A stretch of 64,000 bases of DNA from an uncultured delta proteobacterium. Lineage in GTDB: Bacteria; Desulfobacterota; Desulfobacteria; Desulfobacterales; QNYZ01. The position numbers and the translations under genes are program-made. This document shows positions 9,572 to 19,678 of the stretch, one piece after another; within the stretch, counting starts at the first letter, position 1, and each line of letters begins with the position of its first letter. The notes under the pieces are model-generated. The model was not told the DNA's origin. It searched no databases and worked only from the letters and a program-made list of their open reading frames with translations. The stretch is taken from positions 224,001 to 288,000 of the forward strand of contig CAWJQU010000003.1 in assembly GCA_963845145.1 (NCBI GenBank), read 5' to 3'.

Positions 9572-12163
9572 CTATACCACGATATTGACCAGCTTCTTTT
9601 TCACGACAATGGTTTTTTTGACGGATTTATCTTCAATGAATTTTTGGACACGCAGATCGGTTAAAGCCATCTCTTTGAGTTGATCGTCGGTAATATCGGC
9701 CGGCACCGTCACCCGGCTTCTTAGCTTACCGTTTACCTGGAGCACAATGGTCATTTCCTCCTTGACCAGGACCTCTTCTTGGTAAGATGGCCAGGGTGCT
9801 AACAGAACGCTTTCTTGGTGCCCCAAAAACCCCCAAAGCTCTTCGGCAAAATGCGGTACCATGGGTGAAAGCAGAAGAACGATGGATTCAATCGCATGTC
9901 GCATAACCCCGGCACAAGCGCCATCCGTATCATCCGGCTCGACCCCATACGCTGTATTGACAAGCTCCATGACGGCACTAATGGCTGTGTTGAAGTGAAA
10001 GCGGCCTTCAATATCCCGAGTCACTTTTTCGATCGTTTGATGCGTCTTACGATAGACGGCCTTTAGATTATCATTGAGTGATGCCGGGTCTTGACCGTAA
10101 GCTGCCGTTCCCTCAATTTGATCCATCCAGGCATGCATCAAGCGCCAGACGCGATTTAAAAAGCGATAGCTACCTTCCACACCTTCCTCGCGCCACTCCA
10201 GGCTTCTTTCCGGCGGTGCGGCAAAAAGGCAAAAGAGCCGGGTGGTATCCGCCCCATAGCGGGACAGAAGCTCAGCGGGATCCACCACATTCTTTTTCGA
10301 TTTGGACATCTTTTCCACCCGCCCAACTACGGCGGACTTGCCACACTTCCTGCAATGCCTTTCATCGCCGGCCCAGTCGATATCATCAGGGCCTAACCAA
10401 CCGTGGGTGTCGCAACGTGTCGTCTCCTTGCAGACCATTCCCTGGGTAAGCAATCGCGTAAAAGGCTCTCGGAATTCAACCAGTCCTTCCTCTTTCAGGA
10501 CCCTCGTAAAATAGCGTGAATACAATAAATGCAGGATGGCATGCTCGACACCACCGATATATTGATCCACCGGCATCCAATAGCCCACAGCGGCCTTATC
10601 AAACATCCCGCCCTCATAGCGGGGGCTGCAGAATCGCTCGAAATACCAGGAAGATTCGACAAAAGTGTCCATGGTATCGGTATCACGCCGGGCATTTTCG
10701 TTGCCGCATTCCGGACAGCTCGTTTTATAAAAAGATGGCAACTCAGGTAGTGGCGACCGGCCACCGGGTAACAGAGACGCCTCCTCGGGCAGGCGAACCG
10801 GTAAATCGTTGAGTAATACAGGTGTTATACCGCAATCGGGACAATGAACCATGGGGATCGGCGCACCCCAATAGCGCTGTCGGGAGATACCCCAGTCCCG
10901 CAGTCGGTAATTGACTGTCTTGTGTCCCAATCCGTTCTTTTTCAAATGACGGGCGATTTCATCCTGAGCCTGGACATTGGGCTGGCCATCAAATTGGCCG
11001 GAATTGACCATGACCCCTTCTTCGGTATAAGCCGCTTCCATTAATTCCGGGTCGAGATCTTCACTGGGCGGTTTGACGACAACGATAATGTCCAAATCAT
11101 ATTTGCGCGCAAATTCAAAATCCCGCTGATCATGGGCCGGCACGGACATCACCGCCCCTGTGCCATATTCCATCAAGGCAAAATTCGCTGTGTAAATCGG
11201 GATCTTTTTATCCGTCGCAGGGTTGATACACCATGAACCGGTAAAGACCCCTTCTTTCTCGTATTGTTCCATGGCCCGGCTGGAACGCTCCTGCAACGCG
11301 ATCCGGGAAACAAAATCGGCCACAGCCTGTTCCTGGCCGGTTCCCTGGGCCAGTTGGGGGACCAAAGGATGTTCAGGCGCCAGGCACATGAACGTGGCAC
11401 CAAAAAGAGTATCCGGGCGGGTAGTGAAGACAGAAATGGTCAGATCCCGGTCATCCACCGGAAATTGAATCTTGGCGCCATGGCTTTTACCAATCCAGTT
11501 TTTTTGCATGGACACGACTTCTTCGGGCCAGCCAGGCAGTTGGTCGCAATGGGTTAGCAGATCTTCGGCAAAATCAGTAATCCGAAAAAACCACTGGGGG
11601 AGTTTCTTTTGCTGCACCATTTCGCTGCACCGCCAGCAAGCACCGGCCTCTACCTGCTCATTGGCAAGTACGGTCTGACAGGAATCGCACCAGTTGACGA
11701 AGGATTCTTTTCGATAGACCATCCCCTTTTCGTACATCTTTATAAACAGCCACTGCTCCCAGCGATAGTATTCCGGGCGACATGTAGCGATCTCCCGATC
11801 CCAGTCATAACTGAGCCCCAGCTGTTTCAATTGCGACCGCATGGCATCGATATTATCGTAGGTCCACCGGGCGGGATGGGTATCGTTGGCGATGGCGGCA
11901 TTTTCCGCCGGCATTCCAAAAGCATCCCAGCCCATGGGGTGCAAAACATTGAACCCCCGCATGCGTTTATAACGGGCAATCACATCCCCGATGGCGTAAT
12001 TGCGGACATGTCCCATGTGAATCTTTCCGGATGGATACGGAAACATCTCCAGGACATAATACTTCTCCTGCCTTGGATCATCGGTGACCCGAAACAGGCC
12101 CGAATCTTCCCAGCTAGCGCGCCATTTCTTTTCAATGATTTGGTGATTGTAGGTTGCTTCCAT
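9572..12163 (-). CDS. leuS: Leucine--tRNA ligase
   Basis: [35 protein letters not shown]. Confidence 0.99.
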   Translation of the reverse strand: MEATYNHQIIEKKWRASWEDSGLFRVTDDPRQEKYYVLEMFPYPSGKIHMGHVRNYAIGDVIARYKRMRGFNVLHPMGWDAFGMPAENAAIANDTHPARWTYDNIDAMRSQLKQLGLSYDWDREIATCRPEYYRWEQWLFIKMYEKGMVYRKESFVNWCDSCQTVLANEQVEAGACWRCSEMVQQKKLPQWFFRITDFAEDLLTHCDQLPGWPEEVVSMQKNWIGKSHGAKIQFPVDDRDLTISVFTTRPDTLFGATFMCLAPEHPLVPQLAQGTGQEQAVADFVSRIALQERSSRAMEQYEKEGVFTGSWCINPATDKKIPIYTANFALMEYGTGAVMSVPAHDQRDFEFARKYDLDIIVVVKPPSEDLDPELMEAAYTEEGVMVNSGQFDGQPNVQAQDEIARHLKKNGLGHKTVNYRLRDWGISRQRYWGAPIPMVHCPDCGITPVLLNDLPVRLPEEASLLPGGRSPLPELPSFYKTSCPECGNENARRDTDTMDTFVESSWYFERFCSPRYEGGMFDKAAVGYWMPVDQYIGGVEHAILHLLYSRYFTRVLKEEGLVEFREPFTRLLTQGMVCKETTRCDTHGWLGPDDIDWAGDERHCRKCGKSAVVGRVEKMSKSKKNVVDPAELLSRYGADTTRLFCLFAAPPERSLEWREEGVEGSYRFLNRVWRLMHAWMDQIEGTAAYGQDPASLNDNLKAVYRKTHQTIEKVTRDIEGRFHFNTAISAVMELVNTAYGVEPDDTDGACAGVMRHAIESIVLLLSPMVPHFAEELWGFLGHQESVLLAPWPSYQEEVLVKEEMTIVLQVNGKLRSRVTVPADITDDQLKEMALTDLRVQKFIEDKSVKKTIVVKKKLVNIVV

Positions 12164-12550
12164 TTGGCGTCTTCTTTTTAAGTAAAAACCTTGTTAAACC
12201 CATCAAAACCCAACGTTTGTCTATGCCCGCAGACGTCAGGTCGTTTTGGGCCGTTTATGCCACATGGGATTCTAAATAGCAAGCAGACGATTCAGGATCA
12301 CAGGCCGAAATATAGAAATCATTTGACTTGTTTGCCACATTTACCTATTTTTAATGGCTAGCGGTTTTATAACGAGTTTAATATCCGTTTCGCGCTTCAC
12401 CTCATGCTTGCGGTAGTGTAACTTTTCGTAATTTTAATAAACGCTATACGGGTTCGTCACCGCTTAAGCTTCTTATAAATCCGGCTAAAAAATGGACTTT
12501 CGTGCGGTTTCGTCTACCATTACAGGATTAACTTCAAATATTGTGGAAAT

Positions 12551-14014
12551 TTGACTATGAGCAAAATCTTGATCAATGCTGTTGATTCGGAAGAGTGCCG
12601 AATCGCCAAGGTCATGGATGGACATTTAGAAGAGTTTCATATTGAAAATACCGGCCGACAGATCACCCATGGCAATATCTTCAAAGCCATTGTCACCCGG
12701 GTTGAACCGAGCCTGCAGGCCGCCTTTGTCGACTATGGCGGCCCCAGACACGGTTTTTTACAAAAAAATGAAATTCACAGCGATTACTTCCTTGAAGAAA
12801 TGGGAGATCAGCGTTCCATCAAATTTATGATCAAACGTGGGCAGGAATTGCTGGTTCAGATAACCAAAGACCCGGAGAACACAAAAGGGGCTATGCTGAC
12901 CACCTTCATCTCTCTCCCGGGAAGATACATGGTGCTGATGCCGGGAAGTGAAACTAAGGGAATCTCACGCAAAATCGAAGGTGAGGAAGAGCGGCGGCGG
13001 CTGAAACAGATTATCGGTACCTTAAAGGTGCCCGACGGTTATGGCCTGATTATCCGGACAGCCGGAGAAGGGTGCGCCAAAACAGTAATTTCGAATGATT
13101 TTCGCTATTTGATGCGGCTGTGGAAAAGCATCAAGGACAATGTCATGAATGTCCAGGCACCGGCTCTTTTATACCAGGAACGCAATCTGGTGGAGCGCTC
13201 CCTGAGAGACTATTTTACCCCTGACATCGCTGAAGTACTCATTGACGATGAAGCGTCATTCAAACAAGCCAAACAGTTCATGCAGATCATCTCCCCCAAG
13301 CAGGGACGGATCGTCAAGCACTATAAAGGGACGAAACCGATATTCTCTAAATACGAATTAGAGACCCAGATTGAAAAAATCTTCGAAAACCGGGTGCCGT
13401 TAAAATCCGGCGGTTCAATCGTTATCGACCCCACCGAAGCACTGGTAGCCATCGATGTAAACTCAGGCAAGGCGACTTCGGCGAATTCCATTGAAAAAAC
13501 CGCCTATCAGACCAATCTCGAAGCAGCGGAAGAGATCGCGCGCCAATTACGCTTACGTGATTTGGGCGGACTCATCGTGCTTGATTTCATCGACATGAAA
13601 GATCAAAAGCATCGGCGCCAGGTGGAACAACAATTAAAGAAACACCTCAAAAAGGATAAAGCCAAATCGAGTGTGGGCCGAATATCGCGGTTCGGATTGC
13701 TGGAGATGTCCCGCCAACGCCTGCGCCCTTCGATTCGGTTCGGTAGCTATGAGAGCTGTCCCTACTGCCACGGAAAAGGCTCGGTGCCCTCGGTGGAAAT
13801 CCTGGGAATAAAATTTTTAAGAGAATTGAGTTTAAAAACGCTTAAAAACGATGCCGCCCACATTCGTGGCGTGGTTCCCAGGGAAGTGGCTGATTACCTT
13901 TTAAATAAAAAAAGAAAAGAAATTATTGATCTCGAAGGCCGGCGGAACATTGAAGTGACCATCGAAGCCAACGAGCGAATGGTTCCCGGGGAAAGTGAAA
14001 TTGTTCGTGTTTAA
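12551..14014 (+). CDS. Rne/Rng family ribonuclease (RNase G size)
   Basis: S1 domain (VEPSLQAAFVDYG), TEALVAIDVNSG, QLRLRDLGG, CPYCHGKG zinc link. Confidence 0.95.
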   Translation: MTMSKILINAVDSEECRIAKVMDGHLEEFHIENTGRQITHGNIFKAIVTRVEPSLQAAFVDYGGPRHGFLQKNEIHSDYFLEEMGDQRSIKFMIKRGQELLVQITKDPENTKGAMLTTFISLPGRYMVLMPGSETKGISRKIEGEEERRRLKQIIGTLKVPDGYGLIIRTAGEGCAKTVISNDFRYLMRLWKSIKDNVMNVQAPALLYQERNLVERSLRDYFTPDIAEVLIDDEASFKQAKQFMQIISPKQGRIVKHYKGTKPIFSKYELETQIEKIFENRVPLKSGGSIVIDPTEALVAIDVNSGKATSANSIEKTAYQTNLEAAEEIARQLRLRDLGGLIVLDFIDMKDQKHRRQVEQQLKKHLKKDKAKSSVGRISRFGLLEMSRQRLRPSIRFGSYESCPYCHGKGSVPSVEILGIKFLRELSLKTLKNDAAHIRGVVPREVADYLLNKKRKEIIDLEGRRNIEVTIEANERMVPGESEIVRV

Positions 14015-14067
14015 TTCCAGATAATGAAAAAATCGGCCAACCCAACCATCCTTTAAAAGGAGGGGCC

Positions 14068-15175
14068 ATGTCCAGCCAAAATAAAAGCGACCGAACCCGG
14101 GCGATTCTTGCCGTTCTTGCGCTCCTTATCTTAATTGTTGTGGCGGTCTTTTTCGGTTTAAAGTGGATGGATAAAAATTCGCTGGGTGACCGGCAGCCTG
14201 ACGTCAACAAACAGGAACCGACGGCAGGTATCATCAACAAATTACCGATTGGGGAAAAGCCATCCATCGACTACGCCGATAGCCAGGATTTGATGGACAA
14301 ACGCAAAGCCGAGCTGAGGGTTGGATAAAGGCGTGGATATGATCGTGCGCCCGGGCGAAACGATAAAAATAGGAGATGCCCTCGTTTCGGTGGATGAAAT
14401 CCTGGATAAAATCCGATTGAAAACCGGTGCAATCGATGAACGGGATATCGGTAACTCGGCGACCGCCGGAACGGCCCGGCGGGCGGTCAAACTTCCCTCT
14501 GCGTTGGATAAATTAAAAGCGTTGAGCGAAGAATTTGCCGACCTTGATAGACAATTGACAGATTCGACGACTGCGGCCGATCCTGTGAAAGAGCAGCAGA
14601 TTCGTAAGCGGCAAACCGAGATCGCAGGCATGGTCGACCTTTATCGGCGTTATCAGGATGTACTCGAGACGCTGAAAAAAACAAGGACCGACCTGGATAC
14701 GGCCCAAGGCGAACAAGCCACTGTTTTGTCTCAAAAACTCGATGCGTTAAAAAAGGATCTGACGGTTTTGGAAGATCTGATCCTGGCAAGTATCGGTACC
14801 GAGCAGGATCTGGACGCTTATGGAATTTATGTGGTTAGGCCCAAAGACAACATCTGGAATATCCATTTTCAGTTTTTAAGGGACTATTTTACGCACAAGG
14901 GTGTCATCCTGTCACCCGTGGCCGACGAGCCGTCAACCGCGGGAGAGAGTTCCGGGGTAGGCCGCTTGCTTAAATTTTCGGAAACGATGGTTCATATTTA
15001 TAATGTTCGCGAAAAAACGCTGGATTCGGATTTACATCTGATTCAGCCCTTGACCAAAATCGTTGTCTTCAACCTGGGCAGGGTGTTTGCTATGTTGGAA
15101 AGTCTGGATTACAGTGAAGTCAGCCGCATCCGATTTGACGGTGAAACATTGTGGCTGCCTGCCCGAGATCAATGA
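14068..15175 (+). CDS. Membrane-anchored hypothetical protein, probably one gene split by a frameshift at about 14317
   Basis: TM anchor and SD in 14068-14328; removing one base gives continuous KAELGLDKGVDMIV; coiled coil and YVVRPKDNIWNI (LysM-like) downstream. Confidence 0.6.
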
Positions 15176-15243
15176 CCCTATATCAAGGATCAGTTAGATA
15201 GTGCCCGTAATAAACGGCATCTTTTTAACCCGAATCTTACCAT

Positions 15244-15272
15244 TTGACGGCGTCATTGTTTTCAAGTATAAC
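15244..15272 (+). promoter_or_regulatory. Sigma70-like promoter for yajC-secDF
   Basis: TTGACG-17 bp-TATAAC. Confidence 0.55.
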
Positions 15273-15341
15273 CGCGCCATTTTAACCACGATCCAAAAAT
15301 GAACCGCATTTTTGTGTTGAACAGATAAGGAGGGTATAATT

Positions 15342-15704
15342 TTGATTGGTATCGCCTATGCAATGGGTCAAGGAGGCGCTCCGGGCGCCCAGGGGGCCGG
15401 TGGTTTCGGGGCGTTTGTCCCCCTGATTTTAATGTTTGTCATTTTTTATTTTTTGTTGATCAGACCCCAGCAGAAAAAGTCTAAAGAGCACCGAGAAATG
15501 GTCAGCAACCTGAGAAAAGGGGATCGGATCATCACTTCCGGTGGTATTTACGGACGTATAACGGCTCTTTCAGATGCCATTCTGACCATCGAAATTTCCG
15601 ACCGGGTACGCGTGAAGCTCAACCGGGCCAACGTCGCGGGCATGGCCCAGCCGGCAACACCGCCCCCAGCGAAGAAGAAAAAGGAACCTGCTGAGACAAA
15701 ATAG
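15342..15704 (+). CDS. yajC: Preprotein translocase subunit YajC
   Basis: FYFLLIRPQQKK, LRKGDRIITSGGIYG. Confidence 0.97.
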   Translation: MIGIAYAMGQGGAPGAQGAGGFGAFVPLILMFVIFYFLLIRPQQKKSKEHREMVSNLRKGDRIITSGGIYGRITALSDAILTIEISDRVRVKLNRANVAGMAQPATPPPAKKKKEPAETK

Positions 15705-15841
15705 CCGGTTTACCGGATAGCCCCGGATGATTATCATGCCAGATACCGAATCAGGCATAGAGAACCTGGGGCTTTCATTTATCTTGGGATCGGTCTTTGT
15801 ATTTTGGCCCGAATCGTTGGTAAAACGAAAGGAAGCGCAAG

Positions 15842-17410
15842 TTGAAAAAGATATCGTGGCGAACGATCAGCGTTTTGGCGGTCATTGTCCTGGCGCTGGT
15901 ATATGTCCTGCCAACACTCAATCCAAATTTTTGGCCTCACAAACAGATCAATCTCGGGTTGGACCTTCAAGGGGGCATGCACCTCGTCCTGGAGGTTGAA
16001 ACGGATAAGGCTGTTTTAAACCGAATTGAGCGTATCGGTCAGGATCTGCGACGCCAAATGAAAACGGATGGAATCCAGTATTCGGGGCTTGAGTTCACTG
16101 ACCCCACCCGCCTGATGGTCACACTGAAAAGCCCGGAAGACAAAAAGCAATTCGATACCATGCTCGGCGAACAATTCCGGGACCTTCGCAAAAAAGAGGG
16201 CAATCAACCATCAACGGTGATTCTTGATCTGAAGGATGAGGAGAGCGAATCGATCAAACGCTTGGCCGTAGATCAGGCTCTGGAAACGATTCGCAATCGT
16301 ATCGACCAGTTCGGGGTATCTGAGCCGGACATTCGCCGCCAGGGTGAAAAGCGGATTCTGATCCAGCTGCCGGGTGTCAGCGATACCCAACGGGCCAAAG
16401 ACCTTATCGGCAAAACCGCTCAACTGGAATTTAAGCTGCTGGATGAAACCCACGACTTAGACGCGGCCCTTAAGGGACGAGTCCCGGCAGGCAGCCAAAT
16501 TCTGTATCAAATTGAGGAAGATCCCGATACCAATCAGCCTAAGAAAACGCCTTACCTGATTAAAAAAAGGACCCTGCTGACGGGTGCCCGGTTGAAAGAC
16601 GCACGCGTTCAGATCGATTCCAGGTATAATGAACCGTATGTGGGGATTGAATTCGACCGCAAGGGGGGGCGCATCTTTGCAAAAATTACCGAAGAGAATG
16701 TGAACAAGCGTCTGGCCATTGTGCTGGACAACAAAGTCTATTCGGCCCCCACCATTCAGGAAAAAATTGGCGGTGGGCAGGCACGAATCACCGGTCGTTT
16801 CTCGGCCGAGGAAGCCAGGGACCTGGCCATTGTACTCCGTGCCGGTGCCCTACCCGCGCCGGTAAAAATTCTTGAAGAACGAACCGTAGGGCCGTCTTTA
16901 GGCGCCGATTCCATAAGACTTGGTGTTCTATCCATGGTCGTGGGGGGCGTCCTGGTGATCTTGTTTATGATTGTTTACTACAGCCTGGCCGGTGTCATTG
17001 CCGACGTGGCGCTTTTGGTTAACATCATCATTATGGCAGCTGGGTTGGCCGCCTTTGGGGCAACCCTCACTTTGCCCGGAATCGCCGGGTTTATTCTGAC
17101 TATCGGTATCGCTGTGGATGCCAATGTACTGATCTTTGAGCGAATCAGGGAAGAGATGCGTCTGGGTAAAACCCCCCGGGCCTCAGTGGAAGCCGGGTAT
17201 AGTCGGGCCACCCTGACCATTGTGGACGCTAACATTACCACCCTCATCGCCGCGTTGGTGCTGTTTCAATTCGGTACCGGAGCGATTAAAGGATTTGCCG
17301 TTACGTTGAGTATGGGGGTGTTGGCCAGTCTGTTTACCTCCTTGATCTTAACGCGCACCATTATTGACTATCTCTTGATCAACCGTAAAATGAAAAATCT
17401 GCGTATCTGA
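15842..17410 (+). CDS. secD: Protein translocase subunit SecD
   Basis: LGLDLQGG, RIDQFGVSEP, VGPSLGADS, AVDANVLIFERIREE. Confidence 0.98.
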   Translation: MKKISWRTISVLAVIVLALVYVLPTLNPNFWPHKQINLGLDLQGGMHLVLEVETDKAVLNRIERIGQDLRRQMKTDGIQYSGLEFTDPTRLMVTLKSPEDKKQFDTMLGEQFRDLRKKEGNQPSTVILDLKDEESESIKRLAVDQALETIRNRIDQFGVSEPDIRRQGEKRILIQLPGVSDTQRAKDLIGKTAQLEFKLLDETHDLDAALKGRVPAGSQILYQIEEDPDTNQPKKTPYLIKKRTLLTGARLKDARVQIDSRYNEPYVGIEFDRKGGRIFAKITEENVNKRLAIVLDNKVYSAPTIQEKIGGGQARITGRFSAEEARDLAIVLRAGALPAPVKILEERTVGPSLGADSIRLGVLSMVVGGVLVILFMIVYYSLAGVIADVALLVNIIIMAAGLAAFGATLTLPGIAGFILTIGIAVDANVLIFERIREEMRLGKTPRASVEAGYSRATLTIVDANITTLIAALVLFQFGTGAIKGFAVTLSMGVLASLFTSLILTRTIIDYLLINRKMKNLRI

Positions 17411-17424
17411 CAGGACTGAAATTC

Positions 17425-18462
17425 ATGCAATTCATCAAATCCGACACCAACATCGATTTTATTGGAAAACGTAAAATCGCCTTTGTCTTTTCATGCATTC
17501 TGATTGTTGCCAGCATCGGATCATTGATCGTTCATGGCGGCCCCCGCTACGGGATCGATTTTGCCGGGGGAACACTGGTCCAGGTCAAATTTAACCAACA
17601 GACTGAAACCAATGCCATCAAATCCGGGTTAGCCGCTATTGAAATGGGAAATGCATCCGTTCAATCCTTTGGCACCTCAGATGACAACGAATATTTGATC
17701 CGCACCGACAATCCGGTGGCCACCAATGAGGGTTTTACCGGTAAACTGCAGGCAAGCCTTAAATCCGCAACCGGCGCCGATGTTGAAATCCAACGGGTTG
17801 AGATGGTGGGCCCCCAAGTTGGTCGCGACCTGCAACATAAAGCGTTGATGGCCATGTTTTTTGCCCTGCTGTTTATCACCGTTTACATATCCGGACGGTT
17901 TGAGTTAAAATGGCTGTTAAGCGGGGTGGTGGCCGGCACTTTAATGACCGTGGTCTATTTTTTATCTTTGTTTGAGGTCGGCATTGCCGTTTTAATTGTG
18001 GCCGCTCTGATCGTCAGCCTGATTGTATTCTGGTTTCTCCAATTAAAATTTGCCATGGGCGCCATTCTGGCTTTAATCCACGATATCACTATCACGGTAG
18101 GGCTTTTTTCCATTTTTAATAAGGAATTCACCCTTCCCATCATTGCAGCCCTATTAACGATCATCGGTTACTCCTTAAACGATACCATCATCGTATTTGA
18201 TCGAATTCGTGAAAATGCCGGCAAAAACCGTAAATCGATGTTACCCGGCATCATTAATAAAAGCATCAATCAAACCCTGGGGCGTACGATCCTAACCTCC
18301 CTGACCACCCTCTTTGTGGTCGTTACCCTGTTCTTGCTTGGGGGCGGCATCATACACGACTTTGCATTTGCATTGATTGTCGGGGTCCTCATCGGAACCT
18401 ATTCATCCATTTTCGTGGCGAGCCCGATCCTGCTGGCATGGCAGGGCCCAAAAAATAAATAA
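17425..18462 (+). CDS. secF: Protein translocase subunit SecF
   Basis: GIDFAGG, VGPQVG, GYSLNDTIIVFDRIRE. Confidence 0.98.
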   Translation: MQFIKSDTNIDFIGKRKIAFVFSCILIVASIGSLIVHGGPRYGIDFAGGTLVQVKFNQQTETNAIKSGLAAIEMGNASVQSFGTSDDNEYLIRTDNPVATNEGFTGKLQASLKSATGADVEIQRVEMVGPQVGRDLQHKALMAMFFALLFITVYISGRFELKWLLSGVVAGTLMTVVYFLSLFEVGIAVLIVAALIVSLIVFWFLQLKFAMGAILALIHDITITVGLFSIFNKEFTLPIIAALLTIIGYSLNDTIIVFDRIRENAGKNRKSMLPGIINKSINQTLGRTILTSLTTLFVVVTLFLLGGGIIHDFAFALIVGVLIGTYSSIFVASPILLAWQGPKNK

Positions 18463-18474
18463 TCGACCGCCACT

Positions 18475-19608
18475 GTGGTGTCACCTCCGAAAACAAACAT
18501 TGACGTATGGGCTGGCTGGATTGCGCTAAAAGCGGTACCGGGAATCGGCGATCGGCTTTACCGACGTTTGATTAAAAAGTTCCAAACCCCATCGGTCGTG
18601 TTTCAAAAGGCGCGCGAGACGCCCAATCAATTACATGAGATCCCCGGTATCTCGGCCGGGCTCATCAGCGCCATTGCGCGTGGTAAAAAAACCGCAGCTA
18701 TTATTCGCGAAATTGAGCGCGTTGAAAAGATGGGCTTTCGCCTGGTCACGATGGCCGACCCTGACTACCCACCCATGCTGCTTGAAATACCCGACCCGCC
18801 CCCTTATCTTTACTTGGCGGGAACGCTTCCCCAAACCATAAAGCAGATCGCCATCGTCGGTTCGCGCAATGCCACCACATATGGCATCGAAACAACGCGG
18901 AAACTAAGCGCCGATTTAACCGCTCGTGATGCCGTTGTCATTAGTGGTATGGCGCTGGGAATAGACACCGCGGCCCACGAAGGGGCCCTGATGGACAATG
19001 GTAAAACCGTTGCCGTGCTGGGAAGTGGCTTGTTGAAAATATATCCGGCACGAAATCGGGGATTATTTGATCGAATTGTTGAAAACGGGGCGGTTATTTC
19101 CGAATTCCCCTTGAACGCAGGACCGGAGGCTCACCATTTTCCCAAACGCAATCGCATTATCAGCGGCATGTCCTTGGGCACTGTTGTGGTGGAAGCCACC
19201 CGACGCAGCGGGTCACTCATAACAGCCAGATTGGCCGCCGAACAAAATCGCGATGTGTTTGCGGTACCCGGGAGCATTCAGTCCTTCAAAAGCACCGGCA
19301 CCCACACGCTTATCAAACAGGGTGCCAAGCTGGTTGAGAATGTTCAGGATGTCCTTGAAGAATTTCCCCGGTTTTTCGACACGACATCGAACCGGTCCCC
19401 CCAGGCCAAAGTCCAAATAGATTTAAATCGGGACCAACAGGCAGTCTTTGATGTATTAAGCGCCTATCCCATTCATATCGATGACCTGGCCAGACAAACC
19501 GGAATGGATGCCGGCCGACTCGCCGGTCTACTGATGCAGATGGAATTATCGGGAGTCGTATCCCAGGCACCAGGAAAAATGTTTACCCGGCATATGGACT
19601 TTTGCTAA
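18475..19608 (+). CDS. dprA: DNA-processing protein DprA
   Basis: IAIVGSRNAT, SGMALGIDTAAH, FPKRNRIISG, SGSLITA. Confidence 0.97.
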   Translation: MVSPPKTNIDVWAGWIALKAVPGIGDRLYRRLIKKFQTPSVVFQKARETPNQLHEIPGISAGLISAIARGKKTAAIIREIERVEKMGFRLVTMADPDYPPMLLEIPDPPPYLYLAGTLPQTIKQIAIVGSRNATTYGIETTRKLSADLTARDAVVISGMALGIDTAAHEGALMDNGKTVAVLGSGLLKIYPARNRGLFDRIVENGAVISEFPLNAGPEAHHFPKRNRIISGMSLGTVVVEATRRSGSLITARLAAEQNRDVFAVPGSIQSFKSTGTHTLIKQGAKLVENVQDVLEEFPRFFDTTSNRSPQAKVQIDLNRDQQAVFDVLSAYPIHIDDLARQTGMDAGRLAGLLMQMELSGVVSQAPGKMFTRHMDFC

Positions 19609-19678
19609 TGGCGACTGATATAGCCTTCATGGCTACAGCAATATGGACGCACACATACGAATTCAGTAAGGAGCTATT

